A stretch of 63,237 nt of DNA, counting the filler, from Globobulimina sp. (Eukaryota): NCBI GenBank assembly GCA_003354225.1. It is 25 parts of 25 records of this genome, joined end to end, with 100 filler letters (N's around TTAATTAATTAA, not from the genome) between each part and the next. Parts side by side here need not be neighbours in the genome. Positions count along the whole stretch, not along the records: positions 1 to 2,436 come from PIVH01006696.1; positions 2,537 to 4,971 come from PIVH01006697.1; positions 5,072 to 7,506 come from PIVH01006698.1; positions 7,607 to 10,041 come from PIVH01006699.1; 21 more parts are not named here. One strand, written 5' to 3'. Each line of letters starts with the position of its first letter. Position 1 is the stretch's first letter. Positions 1 through 10,141 of this stretch are shown here, piece after piece. The notes below the pieces were generated by a model that saw only the letters and a program-made list of their open reading frames with translations, made no database searches and was not told the origin of the DNA. Both the position numbers and the translations under genes were made by a program.

Positions 1-168
1 ATAAATTACATTCATACGCCCATAGGCTATAAACAGGCAGTGTTTCAAAAACGAAATGTTTTGAATTCAAACTGTAATTTTAAAAACAATGTGTTTCAAA
101 CAGGTCCTATTCTAAAGTATGTATTATATTTTGTTTAGTCAGCCAATCTGTACAATCCAAACAAAACA

Positions 169-2436
169 TTACTTGTCTTGAGTGACATTTGTTGTCTTTT
201 CATCTTTTGGATTTACCTGATTCCCCAATTCCACTTCATCCACAGTGGCGGGCTCAATTTTATTTTGTTTATATAGCCATACAAACTGAGTTGATACACA
301 TGGCATAAATATCAATGCATGCGCAGCTGAAACAATTACAATACCAACAATGACATAAAAGAATTTTGAAAATATGATGGAATTTGTAAATATCAATGTA
401 AATCCACCCAGAAATGTTGAAAATGCTCCTTTGAACACACTCCATCCAATGTTACCCATAACATATTTCAATACTTTTTGTTCCGTATCATACTCGTTTT
501 TCACATCATTTCCGATTTCAACAATAAAAAATTGTGTCATATGAATAATATAATCAACGGTAATACCAACGGTCATGATTGTTAATATAAATACAACTCG
601 ATCGACACCAATATTGCACAAAGCAAGCCATCCAAACAAATTGATATCAATCATTATAACCACTATTAATGTCAATAACGACACTCGAATTTCAATGAAT
701 ATAAATAAAATTATGCCAACTGCGATCAATGAATACGTCATATTTTTGAAAATCAACGATAATAAAACAATATCGACGTACCACGAATACTGAGAATCGA
801 TATACATAAAACCATGCAAATTATATTCATTTAAAATGTCATCAGATTCCTGTTTGAGAGACCATCGTTTATTATAATCAGTGTCCAAATGTCCATAAAT
901 TGTGAATACTGTCGCTTCGATTATATGTGGATTGATATCATCATCAAAAACTATGTCACTTTGGTATTTCTCATATCTGTCATCCTTCAAAAATGACTGT
1001 AAAACTCGATACAATGCGCTTTGATCCAAACTATTAATGTCATATAACTCATATTCCAAATACAGTATAAATTGTTGTAGCCAATTCTCAATGCTATATA
1101 ATGACCATTCAGCTCGCTCGAATTCAGCAATGCATTGCAATAAATTCTGCCTACTCTCTGCGTTATGTATGTCAATATTTTGAATGATTAGATCAAATCT
1201 ACTGATTCTAAATATTTAGTATTGTGTTCGTATTATACATAACAAAACATATAAAATTATAGAACATTAACGTCGTTGCTTCAAATTCCGATGAATATTT
1301 TTCAACAAATTCTCTCGACAATGTATCAAGTGGCAAATTGTCCAGTTCCTCCGTGCCGACATTAATATATTTCACAGAGTAGCCAGAAAAACAAGTCATT
1401 GCAATGAATAAAACAATCACAATCCAGCGGGCATAGCTTCGTTTAAATATTGATACGTAAACATTTTCAAACCATTCCTTAACTGCTTCGAATTTGTTAC
1501 TCGATACATTCGAATGTGGTCCATGTCGTATGCATGGAAGGAAACAATTCCTTCTCTGTTCTATTCTTTTTTCATCGTAAACCAAGAACGCATAAAACAA
1601 TAAAAACTGCAGTACATAATTTGCAAAAAAGGCAAAGACCGCATGAATACAGAAAGATATAATTCCATCAATATTACTAAATAAACCTACCAACAAAGCG
1701 CTCACTGTGCACAACGAAGTGACAGTGATTGACAAACCGGAGCGAGATAAGGCCATTGAATGTATTTCACTGGGTTTAAATGCATGCATTTCCCGTCGTA
1801 TTTGGTGGTAATAGTCCATAATAACAATATCATCGTCAACACCGATTCCAAGCAATAAGAAGGGGATCATAAACACCATCGAATTGGCCTTATATCCGCA
1901 CATAGCGCCCAATCCGAACGCCATGATCATACTGAATAGCAATGAAATTATAGAGGACAATGCCAGCCATAAACGAAAATGTATTTTGATCTCTGAGTAA
2001 TCACTCAAAGCAAAGATCAAATACAATAACATCAAAATGAATGCTATGCCCATAACGGGTGCGTTTCTGGCGATGATTGAGTTTTGTTCTTCTGTCAGAT
2101 TGCGGTCTGTGTAGAAATAAACATTGATGCTTTCGTACTTGTTTTTGTTTGCAAGCCAATACATTTTGAATGCTTCTTGGAATTCGTATTGAATGCTGCT
2201 ATAAATATCGCTGTCGTTGTATTGATGCAATGAATATGTAATCAATAATACGTTGGTGGCTCTGTGCCATTGCTCCAAATCAGATTGGCATTCGGTGCTG
2301 TTAACGTTGCTATTTTGGACACAGACATCTTGATAGCCATATATATGCTGGTTATATGTTACATTTATGTCATAAATAGAATCAAAAATGCGGTCATAAA
2401 TAGAATCATCAATATTGATATCGTCGTTAACTTCTA
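169..2436 (-). CDS. Patched/NPC1-like RND-family sterol-sensing-domain membrane protein, 5'-truncated, probably one intron near 1200-1265
   Basis: Two ORFs each carry a TM cluster with a GxxxD motif (LLGIGVDD; TVGITVDYIIH); 'GLSITVTSL' and 'GWSVFKGAFSTFLG' match the Patched/NPC1 pattern. Confidence 0.85.
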
Positions 2437-2536
2437 NNNNNNNNNNNNNNNNNNNNNNNNNNNNNNNNNNNNNNNNNNNNTTAATTAATTAANNNNNNNN
2501 NNNNNNNNNNNNNNNNNNNNNNNNNNNNNNNNNNNN
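2437..2536. other. Artificial contig linker (N-run + TTAATTAATTAA + N-run); first of 24 such linkers
   Basis: The same 100-nt six-frame-stop spacer recurs about every 2.53 kb: 4972, 7507, 10042, 12577, 15112, 17647, 20181, 22715, 25249, 27783, 30317, 32850, 35383, 37916, 40449, 42982, 45515, 48047, 50579, 53111, 55643, 58175, 60707. Confidence 0.99.
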
Positions 2537-2860
2537 CTCAAGAATATGATCACAGGTGCGTCACGCGCAACCGCGGCGTTTATCGTGATCGATGCACTTG
2601 AAGGTATACAAGAAAACTCGAAACGTCATGGGTATATGGCGTCTATGCTCGGTATCACGCAAGTCGCCGTATTGGTTAACAAGATGGATCTGGTCGACTA
2701 CGACGAGACAGTCTTCAAAAAGCTCGAGAAGGAATACTCTGACTTTCTAGAGAGATTCAATCTAAAGGCATTGACGTTCATACCGGTCAGTGCAATGAGT
2801 GGCGACAATATTGTAGAGCACGGAACGAATACGCCGTGGTACGACGGGGCTACAGTACAA
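2537..2860 (+). CDS. cysN: Bacterial sulfate adenylyltransferase large subunit (GTPase), internal fragment fused to retroelement DNA
   Basis: KNMITGASRA..A..VIDA.EG..ENSKRHGY...MLG....V.VNKMDLVDY...IPVSA..GDNI....TPWY is the CysN/EF-Tu-like G domain; GC is higher than the rest of the contig. Confidence 0.8.
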
Positions 2861-2861
2861 A

Positions 2862-4269
2862 ACCAATTCGACATCTTCGATAAATGAATTAATCCGACCA
2901 ATTAAATGCAAAATACCATCTTTGCCGAATCTAAAACAATATATAAAAACGTTAATTGACTGTAACTTCTTTGCAATTCGGGACTTGTCGGATTTCTTTC
3001 GTCAGATCGGTCTGTGTGAGGAGGACAGTAATTATATTTGTTACTCTCTTTTTGGTTTGGTTTGGAGAGATAGAAAACAACCTTACGGTGTAGCGTCTGC
3101 CCCAGCCAATAGCCAATATTTTGCGCAAATCTTAATATGGATATTGGAGAGGAAAAACACTTGTCCATATTGATGATTTTGTGTTGGGAGCACTGAAAGA
3201 AGCGGACTGTATTGAGATGGAGGCGAGATTTGACTCCTTGATGAAAGAGTTAAACGTCCAAGTTTCGTTAAAAGAGTCGGGGTTTATTCGGACCTGTCAG
3301 TCCGCTGTGATTTATGGGATAATGTTTGATTTGAAACATAAAATGGTGGGAATCCCCCCGGTGAAATATGCCAATTTCAAACAATTAATCCTATACACCC
3401 TAAAATATAGAGTCATCACTGGAGGTGCTCTTGAATCAATCTGTGGCACCATTATGCATTGGGCACAGTTAAAACAACCAACAAAAGCGTTATGTTGGAA
3501 TTTACTTCACTTTATTTATGACAATATCCGATCTGGAAAATATCCTAAAAATCACAATTTCATATTACCCCTTTCCATATTAAATGATCTGAAATATTGG
3601 TATTTCTATGCCGATCAGATTCTGAGAGTGCCAATGTCCGAGATATTAATGACCAAAAAAGTATCCATTTCAGCATCAACAGATGCCTCCTCCACCCATG
3701 GCGGCTATGTCATAGGTGGCTATTGGTCCAATTATCAATTTAATGAGAAGCATACTGCCGATTGGCATATTAACCAAAAAGAGGCTCATGTAATCCTGTC
3801 TGCGCTGTATACATTTCGTCATTATTTGACAGGAAAAACCATTCATTTGTTTGTTGACAATGAGTCCGTATATTATGCGATACGTAAAAAGTGGTCCTCG
3901 GCATATAATTTGATGCTATTCATAGATGAGTTATGTCATATGATGTTGGAATGTAAATTTTTGGTGTGGATCGATTGGATTTCATCCTCCACCAATGGTC
4001 TGTCAGACGCATTGTCCAGATGTAAATTGAATGATTTTTGGGCCATCGTAAATGATTATAATCTCAATATGGCGAATGGCAAAACAAAATCTGTCTATTT
4101 TGACCAATTCAAATTCCTAAATAAACAAATTAATAATAGTACAAATCCAATGGCTGACATCCAATATGACTTCAAAGAATATCAACAATTCATTACATTC
4201 TTGTGTCTTCCATTAAAGCAGCGAGCAAAACAAGGATACCCTAATTATGCGTCCAATTTCAAGATGTAA
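2862..4269 (+). pseudogene. Reverse transcriptase/RNase H of copy A, with a frame break at about 3135-3150
   Basis: The frame of ORF 2922 carries PYGVASAP. The frame of ORF 3181 extends upstream as YWRGKTLVHIDDFVLGA but meets a TAA at 3133-3135. Confidence 0.75.
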
Positions 4270-4314
4270 ACAACATTTCAAGTCGCTTAGAACTCTCCCA
4301 TTGTTAAAACATGT

Positions 4315-4971
4315 TTGTGTCATATTTTGTTAGATTGGTATCGAAAACGCTTCGCTCAAACACACTCGCTAGCCGCCAAACGACCAAAAACAGCGGAATT
4401 TATCGTAGAAACGAATGTATTGGATAAATGTATTGGGACCAAAGTGCAATACATCTCACATTTAAGAAATTGGGTGTTTTATTGCGTGACGCTAAAAGAG
4501 AGTCCCTTCCAATTGCCTATCAATGCATCGCTGGCATTATTCTGGATTGCGGATAGAATCCAACAGGCAAACAATACAAACTGTGTCCGCCAGGCGCAGT
4601 CTATGCTATTATGGCTCCACGATGTTGGTGACATTGATCCAATGTTCAACACTGATAATGAATATACCAGATTTAAATTGGCAGCAATGAAGCGGTTTGA
4701 CACACCGTCTGATTCTCGGTTGCCGCTACAGTTAAACCACATTATCCGATACGCACTAAAAGTAAACTGTGTCATTGACCATTATGACACCATTCCATTG
4801 GACACATTATTGAAAGTATTGCTGATTCAAATGTATCTCTTTACAATGTCCAGACCATCGGAGTTGCTCTTGTCCAGATATTCCGCGACCAAACAAGGTA
4901 TCAAATTTAAACATATAAAATTCTTTAAACCCAAACCCTCTGTTCCTTCCACTCACTTTCTCCGTATACAA
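4315..4971 (+). CDS. Tyrosine recombinase of copy A, 3'-truncated
   Basis: 'T...Y..HLRNW..YC' N-terminal core-binding region and catalytic 'LFTMSRPSELL', directly downstream of RNase H. Confidence 0.8.
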
Positions 4972-5190
4972 NNNNNNNNNNNNNNNNNNNNNNNNNNNNN
5001 NNNNNNNNNNNNNNNTTAATTAATTAANNNNNNNNNNNNNNNNNNNNNNNNNNNNNNNNNNNNNNNNNNNNAATGGCGAAATTCATGTGGAGAAAATTAG
5101 CACCGAGGTACAACAATCCGTTATAGAAAAGATATGTTGTATATAACTGAACAATGTACATAATCAGGAACAAAAATTCACTGTGACGGG

Positions 5191-5395
5191 AATAATAATT
5201 TATATGAGATAGTTTTCTCGGGACTTTTTACCGTTGGTTGATTGGTTGACATATGGCTTGGCTGCTTCGCATCCTAAGCAATATATCACAACAACAAACG
5301 AAAAAAAGACATTTCCGCCAACAAGTTGGCTTCCATTTCCCGAGAAAACTATCTCATATAAATTATTATGACTTTTTTATCTTGACGTCATGAGT
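5191..5395 (+). repeat. Left TIR containing an internal perfect 32-bp inverted repeat
   Basis: ATAATAATTTATATGAGATAGTTTTCTCGGGA at 5192-5223 and its reverse complement at 5338-5369; the TIR ends in TTGACGTCATGAGT. Confidence 0.95.
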
Positions 5396-5440
5396 AAATC
5401 CTAATCATAATTACTTTCAAGAAAAAACAGAAACACAATT

Positions 5441-5689
5441 ATGTCAATCATTACATTGATTTCAGAAACTCGGGCCTCACTCATTACACTGATTTTAGAT
5501 AATTATCGTGAAATCCTTGAAGTGATTTCAGAAACTCACATCAAAATCCTTAGAAGGATGGAAAGACTTCATTTAGCAATTAATGGTAGATTTCAGAACC
5601 ATACTGTCAGAATTATAGAAATTGAGAAGCAGTTAAAAGAACTTACGGCAGTTAAAAGCAGTAGTGGAAAAATTGATATAAATTTTTAA
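5441..5689 (+). CDS. Small helical/coiled-coil hypothetical protein (element unit 1)
   Basis: 82-aa ATG ORF preceded by a leader motif shared with unit 2. Confidence 0.6.
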   Translation: MSIITLISETRASLITLILDNYREILEVISETHIKILRRMERLHLAINGRFQNHTVRIIEIEKQLKELTAVKSSSGKIDINF

Positions 5690-5852
5690 TTATTCGTTTT
5701 CATTGTTATTTAAAATCAATTTTAATTTACGTTTTTCCGATATTGACGTCAAGACTTTGATGACTCATTGGAATTTCGGAAAAAGCACGAAAAAAAAAGA
5801 AAACAAAAAGGAAACTATTTATTATTGTCTGTTTTTAAATAATCAATCAATT

Positions 5853-6462
5853 TTAGTTTGGATTTTGCTCTTGAATGAATGATTCCAATCTTTGGATTTT
5901 CTTTTTTAAATAAACAACTTCATCTTGCAATAAGCCCACTTGCAACGCCAAATCTGGACAGCAAAAATTGTGTTTTTGGATTGGAGGTGGTAAGTTGGGT
6001 TTGTTTGGCATAATGGTGTACGGAAAAATTGAAATTTGCTGTTGGCTGTCACAATAATATGGGTTTGGCGATGGAAAAACAGCTGTGTCTTCCGGTGGTG
6101 AAGGTGTGTGACAATAAATGGATCGTTTTGAGGGTTGTTGCACTGTAAATTGTGGTGGCGATGGTCTTGGTTGTTGCTTTCTTTTTTTTTTGTTTGGTGG
6201 TGGCGGTGTCTTTTTTAACAATAAAATCTGAAATTTTAAAAACTCTCTTGATTACACCTTTAACTGACCGCATAATTTTTCCGTCTTGTAAAAAATTTAG
6301 CCAGAATTCACATTTGCAATCTTCTGGGCAAGGGCAAGGGCGAGTATGATATGTTTTCACATAACGTTCGCCGGATTGTAATTTTGTTAACATTCTTTCA
6401 TACGCATCGTCATCTACAAGAAAAAAAGGTTGTTCTTCAATTTTCTGTTTCCTTTTTGACAT
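5853..6462 (-). CDS. Hypothetical protein (element unit 2): Cys cluster, basic NLS-like and Pro-rich region, C-terminal leucine-zipper-like coil; two overlapping frames
   Basis: ATG at 6462 (MSKRKQK...CPCPEDCKC) follows the shared leader. Frame 5853-6221 (KKTPPPPNKKKRK...LQDEVVYLKKKIQRLESFI) overlaps it at an A-run, suggesting one gene with a frameshift. Confidence 0.5.
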
Positions 6463-6612
6463 TTTTTGTACTGTGTTTCTGTTTTTTCTTGAAAGTAATA
6501 GGAAGAGATGAAAGTGTTCCGAGTAATTATGATTAGGATTGACGTCAATATCGGAAATAATTTCGGAAAAAAACGGAAAAACGTAAATTAAGTTAAACAT
6601 TAAATAAATAAA

Positions 6613-6993
6613 TTAATTCCAATAAAGTTTAAAAAAAAACACTGGAGCATCGTGCTCCAAACTTTCATCATTCAATTTACAATCTCTTAAAGCCATTAAT
6701 TTAATAATGGCAAAGTCATCATTCTTTACCCTTTTCCGTCCAATGAATTTGCCTTGACAATCAATTGGAAATTCGTTTGATAGGCCCAATGAAATATCTT
6801 TAGGCGTTCCGTTTTCGCGGACAATATCATTAATGTTTCCTCGGATTTGCTGCACAATTTGTGCTTTTTTTCTATAATGCAACAATTCATAAAATGCACG
6901 AATATGCTCTGAAACATAGACTTTGCTCGGCATTGTTGGCTTGGTTTCTTCTTTACAATCTGAGGCTTCTTCTTCTTGTTTTTCTACGACCAC
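6613..6993 (-). CDS. Hypothetical protein (element unit 3); first ATG at 6933
   Basis: Open frame of 126 codons between TGACGTCA sites at 7050 and 6540. Confidence 0.5.
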   Translation of the reverse strand: MVVEKQEEEASDCKEETKPTMPSKVYVSEHIRAFYELLHYRKKAQIVQQIRGNINDIVRENGTPKDISLGLSNEFPIDCQGKFIGRKRVKNDDFAIIKLMALRDCKLNDESLEHDAPVFFFKLYWN

Positions 6994-7044
6994 AGCAAAA
7001 CCCGATCACGAATGATATTACAACTAAAATGTTATTGATGATTA

Positions 7045-7247
7045 ACTCATGACGTCAAGATAAAAAGTCATAATAATTTATATGAGATAGTTTTCTCGGG
7101 AAATGGAAGCCAACTTGTTGGCGGAAATGTCTTTTTTTCGTTTGTTGTTGGGATATATTGCTTAGGATGCGAAGCAGCCAAGCCATATGTCAACCAATCA
7201 ACCAACGGTAAAAAGTCCCGAGAAAACTATCTCATATAAATTATATT
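7045..7247 (-). repeat. Right TIR containing an internal inverted repeat
   Basis: Reverse complement of the left TIR with a few indels/substitutions; internal arms at 7070-7101 and 7216-7247. Confidence 0.95.
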
Positions 7248-7606
7248 GACGGGGTGGATCAACTTTTATTGGATTGGCAAACATGTCTTAATCCGAGAAG
7301 ATCGTGAACGATATCGTCGTTATGGTCCCAGAACAAATATTTGGCAAATCGTGGACGACGAGGATAAATTTGAAGATTATGCACAAGAATCCAAAGAAGA
7401 GAAGGAAGAGAAGGAAGAGAAGAAAACATTAATCGACAAAAAGACAACCAAAATCCGTAAACCATTTGGTGGATCTCTTGCGATGGACAATTTAAATTTA
7501 ACCTTCNNNNNNNNNNNNNNNNNNNNNNNNNNNNNNNNNNNNNNNNNNNNTTAATTAATTAANNNNNNNNNNNNNNNNNNNNNNNNNNNNNNNNNNNNNN
7601 NNNNNN

Positions 7607-9788
7607 TTTGTTATCATATAAATGATAAACAAAACAATGAAGCCCATCAAACAAATCCATGTAAAATAACAATTCATCATCACGTGCACCGCCATGGCTA
7701 TCTGTCGCTTGTCTGAGTTGTCTCGTTCTATAATGTCTAATTAAATAGGAACAATTCATTCCATTGCAATATTTTGAAATATTCTCATTACCTTTTCTCG
7801 ACATCAATTGATTAAACATATAATTCAGATCATTTTCAACATTGTGTTCTGTAACAAAATGAATATAATCATCTAATAACAACTGATATGAATGACAATA
7901 TTCTACTAATCGCTGTTTATTGTTTGTTTGAGTATCTTTCACCGAAAATTCGTAATATTTAATTGCTTCAATTAATTTCCCTATCGATTTACATTCAGAA
8001 AGTGCACAATTGTTAGTTTTTCCAGTAGAAATATTCTTATTTATATTATCTGGTAATTCATCTTTTGATTTTTCATCATGTTTTGTTTGCAAAATTGCCA
8101 ACTCAACTTCACTTTGACCAGAAAATGTATCATTGAACAAATGTTGAAAGTTAACTTGTCGTCGCTGAGCTTTTGTCATACAAATATTGCACTGACATTG
8201 ACAACATACTTTGTAAAGCCATAAATGGTTTGGATGCATCAAACAAATGCACCAAACAGCAATACTTAATTCAACGGATGAAAACCATGGATATGACAGA
8301 ATAATGAGTGACGAAATGAGTAATGATAAAATAAATATTGTCATTAATATCTTGTATTGTTGCTGAACAAATAGAGTTCGATACAACTTATGATTAAACA
8401 CCATATTTTGTGATTTTCTGATTCCAGTCGCATACCATATTTGTAAAAAGGGAAGAAACACATCATATAAACAATACAAATCTACAGAGAGTAAAACAAT
8501 CCAGATTAATATTGCCCCGTAGGAGGAGGAATCTGTATATTGTTGTCTGCAGTAATTCGCGTTTTCATGTTGGATTCCTAGACGTGCTTTCCGTGCATAT
8601 AATATATTACTAACCACTGCCACATAAAATGTTAAAGCAGCAAAAAAAACAACCACACAGAGGAAGAATATTTTCATTACATTCCATCTTCCATAACGAA
8701 TCCAATCGCTTTGCCACAAAGTAACAGTAATTGCAGTCATCACAACCGTTATGTGCAATGCCATAGCATTGGCAGCATGCATTGAACATTGCTTCCCATT
8801 AATATTAAACACCAAGAATATTAAACGATAGATCAGGAAAATTAACATCAAACCCAACACAAATATGTACTTGGGCAAGGATTTTGATTTTATAATTTTA
8901 AGTGGAAACGTTGACCGTGCCGTCGGTTCATAGTTTGAGGCAGTAATACTATGTTTGAAAAAAATAATAATCGCTATAAATACGTGTATGATTGCACATA
9001 ATATGAGAATTCTATCCAGCAGAATAGTTAATGTTGTGTTTAATTCTGGAATAACAAGAATATAATCAACCCATAGAACGAGAACAAGAACGATAACAAC
9101 ATAGGTGATGATTAGTGTCCCAATTTGACTTTTTAATGTTTTGTTTAAAGCAATTGTTTCTGGTTTATCGTCATTGGTTGCAGCGCGTATGTTATCTCTT
9201 CGGGATAATATAACTTTGGACACATACTCTGGATCAGAAACGCCTATCAGTGCTATTACTGAAAGGGAGGATACGTGTTTGTATGCGTCATATGTTTGTA
9301 TGCCATCATTAAATGTAATATCCAATGTTTTCAATGCATGACATTTCTTCACACAATCATCCGTTTTTACTGCTATCTTTTCAATGTTTTGTAACGGAAT
9401 TGATTTAACGCTGTTTGACCATTTGACCCAACAGCAACTATACCAAAATACATCACGTTTAATTATTAGATGTGTATTGGTGATCACAGCCTGTTAAACA
9501 TAAAAATAAACAGTATTTTTATTTTGTGATGTACTAAATTCAAAAGTGGGCATTCTATTTAACTTTTTGTAAAGCAATATCTCTCTTCTTTTGACACCAA
9601 CAGCCACCACATGGACACACACAAAAAGGGCAATTTGACGATCCGTCATCGAACTGTATTTTTATATGTTGTTCATTTGCGTTTAATTTTAATTCCACTA
9701 ATTCTTCGTTCGAACACTGCAAACCAATTGAATTAATTTTAAGGGGAATTGCTCCATCTGTTCCATCTCTACTTTTGGTTTCGTCCAT
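7607..9788 (-). CDS. Multi-pass membrane protein: PH-like N-terminus, GPCR-like TM bundle, and a lineage-expanded 'C.SI.KL...YY..LDDYIH..C..LIRHYR..D.LHC..YH' domain; intron about 9491-9563; 3'-truncated
   Basis: ORFs 9555-9788 and 7559-9487 join via GT..AG; about 8-9 hydrophobic segments. Confidence 0.65.
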
Positions 9789-10141
9789 GTACAGTAGTCA
9801 TTGAACACTGGAAAATGAAGGTAACTGAAAACTCAAAAAAAGAAAACAAAACGTACAAAAAAAAGCAAATTTAAATTTATTCAGTTGGCGGCGGTGTTTT
9901 GCTGGACACAATCTGCAATGCGCGAATAGTGCCCAATTTAAGAATATTATCTTCTTCTTTTTCGTCATACTTTGGTTTAAATCTCAAATACCTCGTATTA
10001 TTATTAAATGTGGAAGTAATTTGTTGCTTACCTTGATCATGNNNNNNNNNNNNNNNNNNNNNNNNNNNNNNNNNNNNNNNNNNNNTTAATTAATTAANNN
10101 NNNNNNNNNNNNNNNNNNNNNNNNNNNNNNNNNNNNNNNNN

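Larger units (their letters stand above)
2861..4971 (+). mobile_element. DIRS/PAT/Ngaro-like tyrosine-recombinase retrotransposon, partial (copy A)
   Basis: RT motifs (SINELI; RDLSDFFRQI; PYGVASAP; HIDD), RNase H (STDAS; KEAH; VDN; SDALSR), followed by a YR ORF (TMSRPSEL). Confidence 0.88.
5191..7247. mobile_element. Complete non-autonomous TIR element (2,057 bp) with 6-bp TSD GACGGG and three internal gene units
   Basis: 5191-5395 is the near-perfect reverse complement of 7045-7247. GACGGG lies at 5185-5190 and 7248-7253. The empty site restores the host reading frame. Confidence 0.93.
5072..7506 (+). pseudogene. Host gene (pentameric ligand-gated ion-channel-like extracellular domain, tentative) interrupted by the 5191-7247 element
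   Basis: Splicing intron 5108-5167 (GT..AG) and removing the element plus one TSD gives the continuous frame NGEIHVEKISTEEQKFTVTGWINFYWIGKHVLIRED..., resembling the pLGIC beta2 'Q.FT...W....W' pattern. Confidence 0.55.

Noticed and set aside
2922-4269. RT as a retron, DGR or group II intron
   Set aside because: The RNase H domain and downstream YR identify a DIRS-group retrotransposon; the same applies to 60998-62836.
6205-6225. Programmed -1 frameshift at the A-run in unit 2
   Set aside because: Joining the two frames needs a +1 shift, and the AAAAAAG heptamer is not phased for -1 slippage; an indel is simpler.
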